Of a stretch of 64,000 nucleotides of DNA, positions 11,501 through 20,844 are shown piece after piece. Each line of letters begins with the position of its first letter. The first letter of the stretch is position 1. The notes under the pieces were generated by a model. It was not told where the DNA came from, made no database searches, and worked only from the letters and a program-made list of their open reading frames with translations. This DNA is from a virus: the IMG/VR virus record IMGVR_UViG_3300048575_000222, positions 1,778 through 65,777 of that record, one strand, 5' to 3'. The translations under genes were made by a program, and so were the position numbers.

Positions 11501-14122
11501 GGGCGAATTCAGGCTGCCTTGGAAACGCGAGGATCGGCTGGGCCAATCAACCTGGCAAGCATCGACGAGCGGCGCGCCCGCAGGCTCAAGCAGCTTCTAG
11601 AATCTTGGGGTCAGGGAGAGAACGCGCTGCGGCAGAGCCAGCCTGCTCGGCTGCGCGAGGCTTTGGCGAAGCTGTTCGAGTTGATCGGATTCAGTGGAGT
11701 GCGCCTTGCCGACGGGCGCGAAGCCCTGCCTGGACGGCTTCGGCTGCTGACGATGAACTGCGATGTGCCGCGCCGGGCAGACGGCTTCCTTCCCCCCGCG
11801 TTCGGCAGTGTCGCGGGCGGACGCTATCAACTGCTAGCGGCACGCGCGGATGTGCCCATCGACCAGCTCCTGCGCCAAATCGGAAGCGAAGCCCCCGATG
11901 CGCCTTGGATCGTTGTGCTATTCAACAGGCTTGACGTCAAAGATCGTCAACGCCTTGCACGCCAGATGAGGTCCGAGGCGCGTTCAGCTGTCTTTCTCGA
12001 CGAACCGCTTCTGCTCTTCGCGGGTCTCGAAAGCGACGATACGCTCGCAACTCTTTTCGATTGTGCGATGCCCTTTGCATGGGTTCAGCCGTATACGATC
12101 AGCCCCGGCCGGATTCCGCCCGAGATCTTTTTCGGTCGCGAGGCCGAGATCGACCGGATCGTTTCTCGCAACGCAGAGGGTTGCCTGATCTACGGCGGTC
12201 GGCAGTTGGGCAAGTCGGTTCTTCTCAACCACATTCGCGGAGAGCGGCATCGGCCGGAGCGCGGCGAACTGGCGCTCTATCTCGACATCAGGTCTATCGG
12301 AGGGCCAGGTGTGCCGGCCGAGGGCATCTGGCAATCACTTGCTCATGAATTGCGCAGGTTCGCGGAATTTCAGGAGATCGAGTCCGACCCCAAGGAACTG
12401 GTTGCTGCAGTTGAGACCTGGCTCGACCGCGACCCCGCACGTCGTCTGCTTGCAATGTTCGACGAGGCCGACAACTTCCTGCGCACCGAACATGCCGCCG
12501 GGTATCCCCACCTCCTGCCGCTCAAGGGGCTCATGGAGAGGACCGGACGGCGCTTCAAGGCGGTATTCGCGGGCCTGCACAATGTCCGACGGATGGCGCG
12601 GGCGCCAAACTCACCGCTGCCGCATCTTGGCGAGCCAATCTGCATTGGGCCTATGAACCAGAGCCCCGCAAACCGTACCGCTCTACGGCAGCTCGCGGTT
12701 GAGCCGATGCGCGCGGCCGGTCTTGACTATTCCGAACAGGAACTCGTTTCGGACATGTTGGCGCGAATGAACTACTATCCATCTCTTGTGCAGGTCTTTG
12801 GCTGGCAGATCGTTGAAAGCTTCGGCAGGCGGCCGCGCGCAGGCAACGTTGGACCGCGCTGGAAATTGGACCGAGAGAGCCTTTTCGAGGGCGCTGCTGC
12901 GGAGAGGATCGCCGATCAGATCCGCGATCGCTTTCAGTTAACGCTGAACCTCGATGTCCGTTACGACTGTATTGCCCGCTCAATCGCGCTGCACCGGCTC
13001 GAAGCGGCAGGCGGCGACAACAAGGTTCTGGCACAGGGGCTGACGGCAGCCGAGATTCGCAGGATCACACATTGGCCGAAGGCGCTCGCTCAACCAGCGA
13101 TGACTGATTTCGAGGAACTCCTTGAGGAGCTGGTAGATCTTGGCATCCTCAGCCGGTTTCCCGACAAACGGTATGGGTTGCGAAATGCCCAAGTGGCGCA
13201 GATGTTGGGGCGGCAAGAGGAACTGGAGGACGCTCTCCTTCGGCTCGACGAACGTGAGGACGACCCCGCATACGACGCGGCGCTATTTTTCCGGTTGCTC
13301 GCGCCCGAAATACCCGGTGCGCGCGCCCCTCTATCCGACCGTGACCTCGACAGAGTGTTTGATCGGCGCGTTCCCGGTATACGTTTGGTCCGATCTTCTG
13401 CTGCGATTGTCGGTGGTGATGTCGCGGGCCGCGTTCTTGCTGCAGCACGTCTCTGGCTGCCCGAAGGCAACCATATCCGAACCAAGAGCGACGACGCGCA
13501 GGTCCGGCGCGCGCTTGACAGGGTCAAGACAGGACCTGCGGCTCTTGTGATTGAGGGTGATTGGTCGCCTTCTTCCGCGGCGCAGCTCGCCCGCCAACCG
13601 AAGGTCGAGCGGGGAGACGTGCTGCCGATCTGGTGCGTGTCGCATGTCACTTCACCTGCGGATGGGATGATCGTCTTTGATGCTGGTGCGTGGTCCGAGG
13701 CGATGCTGCGGCATTGGCTGGCAGACGAGGGCTTCGTTCCAGCTCTGGACGATGCGCCAACGCGAGCTGCGCTCATGGCTGCAACGGGCGGAGCGCCGGC
13801 CCGTCTGGAGGCGCTTCGCCATTTCCTGTCGGACCTGGCGGTTCGACCGGTCGCTGGCCGTGCCGAGGATCTTGCAGACTGGGCGGCGAAAACGCCGCTG
13901 TCAGCGGAATCTTTGGGTCTTGATCAAGCCGACTTGAATTGCCTGAACACGCTTCACCAACTTGAGGACCTCGATCCGTCGCTCGCGGATTTCTTGGGCG
14001 AGTGTCCCGACGCGACTGCGCAAAGGCTGGAACGCCTCGCCACCTTCGGAACACTTCGCCAAGGGCGGACACCCGACGCTGCACCGATCCTCACCCCGCT
14101 GGGCAGACTGTTCGCTGAATGA
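8585..14122 (+). CDS. 1845-aa multidomain protein with a STAND-like P-loop ATPase and long helical N-terminal region
   Basis: FFGREAEI pre-P-loop, Walker A GGRQLGKS, Walker B LLAMFDEAD, NYYPSLVQ helical-domain motif, and a winged-helix-like LVDLGIL segment. A second TGGAP motif occurs near the C-terminus. Confidence 0.85.
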   Translation: MDDNILPDPMASLSADLAQEIFPIARSDRRKNKDLFFDIIPEDRLKNDADFYDGLLRIIASGDHARLRRYDDRMKRSGDMTKTFGFRALRWLVTRSAEELTSDEIHDIPEDHFPFGTPEREVHRIYLGLVGIDSSMAPVSPAEAGGKEAPSARDWMTLAQGLADGAQSLDRPDVEAAARLVELAEALYEACRTAAAADAAEENIRLRADALRDRLITLDPDLADAWPEDASAESLDRIEETLAEAEIAYQAALEAENAFEAADREVRAAAEARAYERLPDLSSCAKEQGIQAYSARTDRDKVFAALLALLSQEEPKDTSAGNGTEPDSAKDEPGPGSIAEAASPEPEVPVQIANHPDDASPDAHVPPDLSPIPEGTDPEELLAQYLSAGEIAFAWHLARLVKTPVSAPILRTLAILPAIHQPEDMADPRRSSALAELAAALPEATDPVAAGRLALAALLRPALFDPDHGARGILENLVGLPGLEAQAPLIEALANLGYDVRLSAGLLAELAGNRPPSAEPAMRKRLEGWLAEARHRKTVHQPTYAIFHRELHQEGEIGRVAEAVLAGAENAEALAQDLIDRLAHDRNAQEAFVSEAERRSGRPRRDRIEGMALDWFCRGIQEACDQFADWIEARRQDARLTQDHSRERLLRALGPVRKALDIRVSGPTEGEGKLAEASGLVLADKLDDLRKLIEGRAALSVTPRIQDLLESPLLRLPGGCQDWTEDDGPAFDSERALRDRRLAAALVRPELIAPNVSLAFDARLKETAVLAAQRLLDRLHESDLPKNQYDSGRQQLDEVLEAARRKARERVARLRQSLTTIGYLDLDAATTLPGDLSRLALIDSALVASDKGDDVMLPALNRIRRPDLPPDFPELDSLLAEMEVRRDRLQEQIAERQRLELERLMALPQGESARELLAVFDRLDPVTADDAIAEIKAGRAVPMPEVAVPDVFARFFPGFVADIAAEPEETKRGRIQAALETRGSAGPINLASIDERRARRLKQLLESWGQGENALRQSQPARLREALAKLFELIGFSGVRLADGREALPGRLRLLTMNCDVPRRADGFLPPAFGSVAGGRYQLLAARADVPIDQLLRQIGSEAPDAPWIVVLFNRLDVKDRQRLARQMRSEARSAVFLDEPLLLFAGLESDDTLATLFDCAMPFAWVQPYTISPGRIPPEIFFGREAEIDRIVSRNAEGCLIYGGRQLGKSVLLNHIRGERHRPERGELALYLDIRSIGGPGVPAEGIWQSLAHELRRFAEFQEIESDPKELVAAVETWLDRDPARRLLAMFDEADNFLRTEHAAGYPHLLPLKGLMERTGRRFKAVFAGLHNVRRMARAPNSPLPHLGEPICIGPMNQSPANRTALRQLAVEPMRAAGLDYSEQELVSDMLARMNYYPSLVQVFGWQIVESFGRRPRAGNVGPRWKLDRESLFEGAAAERIADQIRDRFQLTLNLDVRYDCIARSIALHRLEAAGGDNKVLAQGLTAAEIRRITHWPKALAQPAMTDFEELLEELVDLGILSRFPDKRYGLRNAQVAQMLGRQEELEDALLRLDEREDDPAYDAALFFRLLAPEIPGARAPLSDRDLDRVFDRRVPGIRLVRSSAAIVGGDVAGRVLAAARLWLPEGNHIRTKSDDAQVRRALDRVKTGPAALVIEGDWSPSSAAQLARQPKVERGDVLPIWCVSHVTSPADGMIVFDAGAWSEAMLRHWLADEGFVPALDDAPTRAALMAATGGAPARLEALRHFLSDLAVRPVAGRAEDLADWAAKTPLSAESLGLDQADLNCLNTLHQLEDLDPSLADFLGECPDATAQRLERLATFGTLRQGRTPDAAPILTPLGRLFAE

Positions 14123-15117
14123 CGGCAGATCCGGATCCGTGGAGTCTGCCAGGCCTCGGCAGGTGGCTTAATGACTTAGCGCGGCGGCTCGATCATGGAA
14201 TCGCCGTGCTTCCTTCGGACCCGAGCCGTCCGCCCGGCGTCGAGGCAGCGCTAAGGGCTCACCTACGGCATCCGCCCGTCGAGTTCCGCGCGGATATTGG
14301 CCAGTCCCCCGCCGCCGCCGTGGCTGATGCCTTCGGTACCGCGCCAACGCTCGAGGCGCTGCTCAATCCAGTACTGGACGAGGAACTCGGTATCATATCG
14401 CTCTCGGAAATCGGACCAAATGACGTGGCAGTTTGGTCTGTATTCCTGGAGCGTTTTGCGGCTGCCCGTGCTTCGGGGCGCGCCGGCCCAGCGTTGCTGG
14501 TGACCGACATACCGGCGGACCTGGCTATTCCGGCCGAGGCAATGCCTCAGAACTGGCAGAAAGGGCTGCGCCGGGGAGACCGAGTGATCTGGGCAGAAGA
14601 GCATCTTCCCGCAACGCGCGACGGCTTGGCCGGAGAATTGGCAGTAGTGCTCGCAGTGGAGCTGTGTGCTTGGCGGCTGGACCTCGCGGCGTCGCTGGTA
14701 CAGGCTGGTCTCGATGACTTGGCCGATCCAGTAGCGTGGCTTTCGCGCCGCGCCGAGGCCCCGATCCTTGGACAAGAGACCCCATGCCCGCTAGCCATTC
14801 TCGCCGGTCAGCGAAAGAGCGAAATACAGCAGCGCATCTGGAAGGCCCAGTTGACAGCTTTGTTTCCCGAGATCGAGAGTAGACGACTTGAGATTGTGGC
14901 AGCGCATCGGAGCCGGCTAAGGCTCGATGATCATCTGCGTGGCCTCGGTGTGGCCTCAATCGAAGAAATTGAGCTGGGTGCGCTTCGTTTTCAGTTACGC
15001 GGGGCTCTGACCCGACAAGAGACCGATCGGCTTGATGTGCTTGTGCGGGCACGCAATGCACTCGCCCACCGCCAACCTGTGCCTCCTGAAGATGCACTAA
15101 GACTCCTTCGCAACTGA
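14119..15117 (+). CDS. 332-aa hypothetical protein, translationally coupled to the STAND-like ATPase
   Basis: ATGA start/stop overlap at 14119-14122, long ORF and composition similar to the upstream gene. No intact Walker motifs. Confidence 0.8.
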   Translation: MTADPDPWSLPGLGRWLNDLARRLDHGIAVLPSDPSRPPGVEAALRAHLRHPPVEFRADIGQSPAAAVADAFGTAPTLEALLNPVLDEELGIISLSEIGPNDVAVWSVFLERFAAARASGRAGPALLVTDIPADLAIPAEAMPQNWQKGLRRGDRVIWAEEHLPATRDGLAGELAVVLAVELCAWRLDLAASLVQAGLDDLADPVAWLSRRAEAPILGQETPCPLAILAGQRKSEIQQRIWKAQLTALFPEIESRRLEIVAAHRSRLRLDDHLRGLGVASIEEIELGALRFQLRGALTRQETDRLDVLVRARNALAHRQPVPPEDALRLLRN

Positions 15118-15283
15118 AATCTGGCGACGCCTCGATCCATTTCGGTTGCGACCTCGGCTAGCAGGCCCAGCTCTTTTTCTACTATTTGGCGTGTCGCATC
15201 CGCAATTAATGACGAGACACTAACCGATCAGGTTTCGCGTCGATACCGCAGGCATTAACTTGCGGGGCGCTCGAATACCTCCC

Positions 15284-16360
15284 TCAGCCGACCTTGCAGC
15301 CCCAGAAGGACGTGTGATCGGCGGCGAAGTAGCCGTCCGCGACCCGGAAATACCCCTGCAGCTCGACGGTATCGCCCGCGGTCAACGGGACCATCGTCTG
15401 CAGCCAGATCGCGGTGGCGAGCGAAACGTGGGTGGCGGAGATTTCGCCGAGGGAGCCGCGGATTTCGGTGGTGCCGTTCAGCACGAGTCGCCCGCGCATG
15501 CGGGCCGTGGCGCTGGCGTTGATCTTGTAGAGCAGCGTCGCGCCGAAGAGGTAGGTGCCGTCCATGGGGGCGACGAAGTGATTGTTGGCAGCGTCGAAGG
15601 CGCCCTGGTCGTTGTAGTCGGTGTTGTTGAGGCCGATCTTCGTCCAGGTCCCAACGCCGACATAGTTGTCGTAGTTCGTGTAGGCCTTGAAGCGGGGCAG
15701 CCGGGGCTGGTCGACGATGCCGGTGGCGTTGTCCACGCTCAGCCCATCGAAAAAGGTGCTGCCGTCAGCGGAGACCGCGAGGCGGAAGCGGTCCGAGCCG
15801 AAGAGCCCCACCAGCGCCTTGGTCACGAAGTTGGTCTGCAGCGTCAGGCCGAGATCGTCGCCGGCGGCCTCCTTGTTCATGGTGTAGAACAGGTCGCCCG
15901 TGCCGCCTTCGGCCACGGTCCTGGCGGTCCAGAGCGCGGCGTTCAGCTTGGCCGAGAACGGGTTCGACGCATCCGCTGTGGTGCCGACCCCGAGCAGCGC
16001 CATGTTCTGCAGCGCCGCCGGTGTGGTGCCGACCCAGCCCGCGCCGTCGTAGACCAGCAGCAGCCCCTCGTCCTCGACCCATGCGCGCCACCCCGTCCGC
16101 GGCGGCATGCGCAGCCATGCCCCGTCCGTCCAGAGTGCCACGTTAAGGTCCCAGCCCGCCCAGTCGCCCGTCGCGCCCGAAGCGACGATGTAGCGATCGC
16201 CGTCGGCGGGGCTCGCCGGGGGTGCTTCCAGATCGCGGTCGAGAACCGAGAGCTGGACGAGCCCGTCGAGGATCCGCAGCGCCTCATTGTGGGTGACATG
16301 CTTCTGGGCCTGCGCCGCGAGGATGTAGGGCAGCAGCAGATGGGTCGTGGCGTCGGACAT
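15284..16360 (-). CDS. DUF2793-domain tail fibre/tip protein with C1q-like C-terminus
   Basis: N-terminus MSDATTHLLLPYILAAQAQKHVTHNEAL is typical of DUF2793. The C-terminal FxAP.DGTYLF segment is C1q-like. Last gene of the tail operon. Confidence 0.85.
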   Translation of the reverse strand: MSDATTHLLLPYILAAQAQKHVTHNEALRILDGLVQLSVLDRDLEAPPASPADGDRYIVASGATGDWAGWDLNVALWTDGAWLRMPPRTGWRAWVEDEGLLLVYDGAGWVGTTPAALQNMALLGVGTTADASNPFSAKLNAALWTARTVAEGGTGDLFYTMNKEAAGDDLGLTLQTNFVTKALVGLFGSDRFRLAVSADGSTFFDGLSVDNATGIVDQPRLPRFKAYTNYDNYVGVGTWTKIGLNNTDYNDQGAFDAANNHFVAPMDGTYLFGATLLYKINASATARMRGRLVLNGTTEIRGSLGEISATHVSLATAIWLQTMVPLTAGDTVELQGYFRVADGYFAADHTSFWGCKVG

Positions 16361-16371
16361 GGGCGGTCTCC

Positions 16372-16405
16372 AGAACGAAGAACGCCGCCTGCATGGCAGG
16401 CGGCG
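16372..16405 (-). terminator. Putative intrinsic terminator upstream of DUF2793
   Basis: Perfect 10-bp stem CGCCGCCTGC/GCAGGCGGCG (16383-16392 and 16396-16405) with a 3-nt loop, followed on the minus strand by TTCTTCGTTCT, an imperfect U-tract. Confidence 0.5.
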
Positions 16406-16435
16406 GACAATGGCGCGGTGATCGGCGGTGGCGAG

Positions 16436-16816
16436 CTACCCGCGCTCGGGCGTCTCCGCCGGAATGGCCGAGAGAACCGGATCGGGCTTGGGCGCGTCCC
16501 ACTTCGCGGTCATTGCGGCCCAGCGATCGATCTCGGCCCGGAAGGCCGGATCGTCGATCCGTAGATGAAAGGTGTAGAGGCGATCCACGATCTCGCGCAT
16601 CAACGCGCGCATCTCGTCGTCATTGATCCGCGAGACCTCGGACCAGGGTATGCGTCGGCCCACGGCGTCCTCCACGATGACGTCGCTGCCATCACCCGTG
16701 TGCGAAACGGGCGTGAGGCCGGCATGCAGGGTCTCGAGCTGCGTGTTTCGCACGCAGGCAACGGCCATCACTCTGGCAAGCTTGGCGGCAATCCGGTCTT
16801 CGTCCTCGGCGCGCAT
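16436..16816 (-). CDS. 126-aa hypothetical protein inserted in the tail operon (moron-like)
   Basis: Protein-like ORF filling the gap between the tail-tip gene and DUF2793, followed by a hairpin. Confidence 0.7.
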   Translation of the reverse strand: MRAEDEDRIAAKLARVMAVACVRNTQLETLHAGLTPVSHTGDGSDVIVEDAVGRRIPWSEVSRINDDEMRALMREIVDRLYTFHLRIDDPAFRAEIDRWAAMTAKWDAPKPDPVLSAIPAETPERG

Positions 16817-16869
16817 GGCCCGAGCCTACGACGCCGATCGCGCATAGTGCCAGAACTCATTGCGCTACC

Positions 16870-19800
16870 TCAGAAGCTCAGCGTTACAGCCTTGGGCGCA
16901 CCCCGCCCGACAAGGGCGGAGAGCTGGTAGATGCGGATGTCGAGCGTGTCGCCGGGGGCGAGTAGCTCGCCCCAGTCTGCGGTCTGCTGGGCGGCGGTGT
17001 AGACCGTGCTGGTGGTGGCCGTGCTCAGCACCCGCTTCACAGTGGCGCCGTCGAGGATCTCCACCTCGTAGGCTTCCAGTTCCTCGGCCAGCGGCACCTC
17101 GAGCCCACCCCAGCTGTCGGCGGAAAGTGCGCGCGACCGGCGCGTCCAGCGGATCGTCAGGTCGCCGGGCGTGCGTGCGCGACGCCACGGCTGCTCGACA
17201 TGAGCGACGGAGAACGTCCGCAGCCCGACGCCTGCAGGCGTGAAGGCGTGCCCGACGTAGGTCTCGTCGCTGACGGGACGGCTCGCCGGGCCAATGCGCC
17301 AGTTCCATGGGATGCCGAGATCGGACTCGGCAAGGGGCAGCGATGCGAGGCTGCCGTCGAGCACCACGATGCGCGCGCCTGCAGGGGCCGGGTTGCCCAT
17401 CGCATTCTCGGTGCCGCGCTGACCGCGCAGGAGCCGGCTCAGGCGGTACCGGCCGGGCGCCAGCAGCTCGGCCGCGCCCGCCTGCACGATTTCCCAGACG
17501 CCGGGCGCGCTCTCGATGGCCAGCGCGTTGGTCCCTCCGAACAGTGTCAGGTCCGTGACGCTTTCGAGAGTGCCGGTCAGCAGATCGACCACCAGCGAGT
17601 TGCCGAGGTCGAAGCGCGAGGTTGGGCCCGCGTAGAAGTCCGAGACCAGCGAGCCGAGCCGGGCCCGCGTGCCGAAGCTGGTGAGCAGCTCGAAGCCATC
17701 GGTCGAGGGGCTGCGGAACACCGCCATCTCGCCCGGCCAGGGAACCGCGTGCGCCGCAATGAGGGGCCGATGTGCCGGCTGGTCCTCGGTGAGCTGCGGC
17801 AGGTCCATCAGCACCGCATCCGGCGCGCCGAACACCACGGCCCGCGTCAGCGACGCCGCGCGGGGATCGCCGGGCGGCAGATCGTAGGTCGCCCGGTCCT
17901 GGCGGACCGCCTCGATGCCGCGCGCCTCGGAGTCGGCGATGGAGACGAGCCGCAGATCGACCAGCCGCCCGTCATAGCTGAGCCGGATCGCGTCGGCCGG
18001 GTCCAGCGCAAGGCGCGAGGGCGGCAGACGGAACGCCGCCGTCTCGCGCCCCACCCAAGCCTCCATCAGCGCGCGGCGGCAGCGCCGTTCGGCCTCCTCG
18101 GGCGGCACGGCCATCGGGAAGCTCTCGGACGCGATGCGCGTCGTGTCCACGGTGATTCGCCGCGCCTCGACGAGGGCCGCGTCGTAATCCTCGTCGGCGC
18201 GCGCGACCTGCCATTTCAGCGCCTGCGGCAGTTCGGTCTCCTGGCCGCGCGTCAGTTCCAACACGTCGCCCTCGCGGGCCGCGACCAGATCGTCGGTCGC
18301 CAGGGTGGCGACGGAAGCCCGGCCGCGCATGATGAAGCGGATCACCCCTTCGGTCTCGACCGCGTCGAAGCCGAAATGCCGCGACAGCGTGGTGATCGAG
18401 GCGCGCGGGCTTTCGAGCGCCGTGATGGCGTAGCCCTCGACTGCGCCCCAGAGGCCGGAGACGTCGATGCGGTCCTCGGGAAGCCCCGCCCGCTGGCAGA
18501 GATGGCGGACCAGTGCGGCCAGCGACACCGCGCCGAGCCGCCCCGTCAGCCAGTGGCCGAGCCGCCAGTTCGCCCCGTCCGTCCAGACGTCGGTCAGCGC
18601 CGGGAAGAACGGATAGGGCCGCGCGTCCCAAGTCCAGGCGGCACATTCCGGCACATGCACCATCCGGCCGCCGTAGACCGAGGACACCGGGTTGTTCGCG
18701 GCCTCGCCCCAGAAGAGGTAGGTCGCCTCGAGATAGGCCCGCTGGATCGCGTCATCGCGCCAGCCCCGCGAGAAATGCGGCGTGAAGCTCTCCGAGGACT
18801 TGGGGTCGAAGAAGACGTTCGGCTGGTTGGAGCCCCGGTCGATGGCGGGACAGCCGAGCTCGGTGAACCAGATCGGCTTCGACTGCGGCGTCCATGCCGT
18901 CGCCGTCCCGCTCTCCACGCCACCGGGGCGGTTGTAGTGCGCGTTCGACCACCAGCTGCGCAGATCCTTGTAGCGGAAGACCCACGGCTTGGCCGCCGCA
19001 CCGTCGGTGATCGGGGTCCGGACCTGCGCGGAGCGATCCGCCGCGCTGGCATAGAACCAGTCGAAGCCTTCCCCGCCTGCGATGTTCCCCTGCAGGTAGG
19101 CCCGATCGTAGATCGCGGGCCAGCCCTCGGCCGCGTCCGCATGCTCGAACCCGTCGCGCCAGTCCGACAGCGGCATGTAGTTGTCAATGCCGATGAAATC
19201 GATCTCCGGATCGGCCCAGAGCGGGTCGAGGTGGAAGTACACGTCGCCCGAGCCGTCGCCCGGCTGGTGCCCGAAATACTCCGACCAGTCCGCCGCGTAT
19301 CCGATCCTGGTGCCGGCCCCGAGGATCGAGCGCACATCCGCGAGGAGGTCTCGATACGCCTGCACCGCCGGATAGGTGCTGGCGCCCGAGCGGATCGTCG
19401 TCAGCCCCGGCATCTCGGTGCCGATCAGGAACGCGTCGACCCCGCCCGCCGCCGCGCAGAGATGGGCGTAGTGCAGTACCATGCGGCGCAGGCCCCAGTC
19501 GCCGGGCGTGCCGGTCCAGCTGACGCTCTCGCCCGAGACGCTGAAGCTGGCGGGCGTGGCCGCGCCGAACAGCGCCGCCACCTGGCTTGCCGCCGTGGCG
19601 GTCTTGTCCACGGTTCCCGCAAGACCTGCCGCGGGAGAACAGGTGATCCGCCCCCGCCAGGGGAATACAGGCTGGCCCGTCTCCGCGGCGTTGTCGGAAT
19701 ACGGGTTCGGCAGGGAGTTGCCGGGCGGCACGTCCATCAGGATGAAGGGATAGAAGGTGACGCGCAGCCCGCGCGCCTTCATCTCCTGGATCGCCTGCAC

Positions 19801-20835
19801 CACGGCGAAATCGGACGGCGTACCGCCATAGACCGGGCGATCCTGATCGTCTCGGCTGACGAGGAAGGCATTGGCGCGGCTGACGCCATTGACCGACCAG
19901 CTGGCGGGTGTGGTGGATTTGGCTGACACCTCGACGCCGGGCCGCACCTTGCACGATCCCGCGCGCAAATCGTCGCCGAACCACGCGACGACGAGGCTGA
20001 CGCTCTCGACCACCGGGGCCATGGCCTGCAGCCGGTCCAGCGCCTCCACCATGTCGGTGGAGTCGGCCAGCGCGTTCAGGTTCTCGGGCACCGTCGCGCC
20101 GCCATCGGGCTTGCGGATCGCCTGCGTCGCGTAGGTGAACTCGCCCGAGGCCGGGATCATGGTCACGGCGCGGGTCAGCCCCTCGGCGGTGTCGGGATCG
20201 GCGAGCGGGCGAAACACCTCAAAGGAGAGCTGCGGAAGGCGGTTGCCGTAGGTCGAGAGCGCCAGCTCCTCGAAGACCACATAGGCCGTGCCGCGATAGG
20301 CCGGAGTGTTGGCCGCGCCCATCTTCGCCGCGATGAACGGATCAGGGCTCTGCGTCTCGTCGCCGGGATACCAGCGCCAGGTGACGCCGGAGAGGTCCAT
20401 GGGCTTGCCGTCGGCCCAGATGCGGCCGATGCCGGTGATCGGGCCCTCGCAGAGCGCGACGGCGAAGGAGGCGTAGTACAGATACTCGGTCGTCTTGACC
20501 TTGCCGCCTCCGCCACCCTTGCCGCCGCCCTGCGTGGTGGTCTTCGTCTCCTCACGGAAATCCGTCGCCCAGATGATGTTGCCGCCCATGCGCATGCGAC
20601 CGTAGAGCCGCGGGAGGACCGCCCCTTCGGTGGCCGAGGTGATGCGCAGCGTGTCGAGCCGCGCGCCCTCGATGCGCTGGGTGGGCGCCAGCGACGAGAT
20701 GATCCAGCTGTCGACGACCGAGCCGATGCTGGAGCCGATGAACCCGCCGATGGTCGCGGCGCTGACGCCGAGGATCGCACCGCCGATCGAACCGCCGATG
20801 GCGGCGCCGGCGACGCCGAGGACAAGCGTTGCCAT
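16870..20835 (-). CDS. GTA-type baseplate/host-specificity tail protein (GTA_TIM + phage-tail_3; RcGTA g15-like)
   Basis: 1321 aa with MATLVLG..GAAIGG start, PAYRGTAYVVFE, YAADWSEY and IWFTELGCPA motifs. Follows NlpC/P60. Confidence 0.93.
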   Translation of the reverse strand: MATLVLGVAGAAIGGSIGGAILGVSAATIGGFIGSSIGSVVDSWIISSLAPTQRIEGARLDTLRITSATEGAVLPRLYGRMRMGGNIIWATDFREETKTTTQGGGKGGGGGKVKTTEYLYYASFAVALCEGPITGIGRIWADGKPMDLSGVTWRWYPGDETQSPDPFIAAKMGAANTPAYRGTAYVVFEELALSTYGNRLPQLSFEVFRPLADPDTAEGLTRAVTMIPASGEFTYATQAIRKPDGGATVPENLNALADSTDMVEALDRLQAMAPVVESVSLVVAWFGDDLRAGSCKVRPGVEVSAKSTTPASWSVNGVSRANAFLVSRDDQDRPVYGGTPSDFAVVQAIQEMKARGLRVTFYPFILMDVPPGNSLPNPYSDNAAETGQPVFPWRGRITCSPAAGLAGTVDKTATAASQVAALFGAATPASFSVSGESVSWTGTPGDWGLRRMVLHYAHLCAAAGGVDAFLIGTEMPGLTTIRSGASTYPAVQAYRDLLADVRSILGAGTRIGYAADWSEYFGHQPGDGSGDVYFHLDPLWADPEIDFIGIDNYMPLSDWRDGFEHADAAEGWPAIYDRAYLQGNIAGGEGFDWFYASAADRSAQVRTPITDGAAAKPWVFRYKDLRSWWSNAHYNRPGGVESGTATAWTPQSKPIWFTELGCPAIDRGSNQPNVFFDPKSSESFTPHFSRGWRDDAIQRAYLEATYLFWGEAANNPVSSVYGGRMVHVPECAAWTWDARPYPFFPALTDVWTDGANWRLGHWLTGRLGAVSLAALVRHLCQRAGLPEDRIDVSGLWGAVEGYAITALESPRASITTLSRHFGFDAVETEGVIRFIMRGRASVATLATDDLVAAREGDVLELTRGQETELPQALKWQVARADEDYDAALVEARRITVDTTRIASESFPMAVPPEEAERRCRRALMEAWVGRETAAFRLPPSRLALDPADAIRLSYDGRLVDLRLVSIADSEARGIEAVRQDRATYDLPPGDPRAASLTRAVVFGAPDAVLMDLPQLTEDQPAHRPLIAAHAVPWPGEMAVFRSPSTDGFELLTSFGTRARLGSLVSDFYAGPTSRFDLGNSLVVDLLTGTLESVTDLTLFGGTNALAIESAPGVWEIVQAGAAELLAPGRYRLSRLLRGQRGTENAMGNPAPAGARIVVLDGSLASLPLAESDLGIPWNWRIGPASRPVSDETYVGHAFTPAGVGLRTFSVAHVEQPWRRARTPGDLTIRWTRRSRALSADSWGGLEVPLAEELEAYEVEILDGATVKRVLSTATTSTVYTAAQQTADWGELLAPGDTLDIRIYQLSALVGRGAPKAVTLSF

Positions 20836-20844
20836 GGTCGGGTC

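Noticed and set aside
15118-15283. Possible att site or terminator between the defence block and the tail operon
   Set aside because: No matching sequence was seen near the recombinase end and the hairpin before the T-run is weak. An empty-site comparison is needed.
16371-16875. CAGAA direct repeat at both ends of the 126-aa moron as a target-site duplication
   Set aside because: Only 5 bp, and removing the insert with one copy does not cleanly restore the tail gene stop. It may be chance.
17200-19926. 908-aa plus-strand ORF, and similar long antisense ORFs (e.g. 24889-27072, 34641-36863, 36436-38508, 48463-50103)
   Set aside because: These are shadow ORFs opposite well-supported genes, expected from high-GC codon bias.
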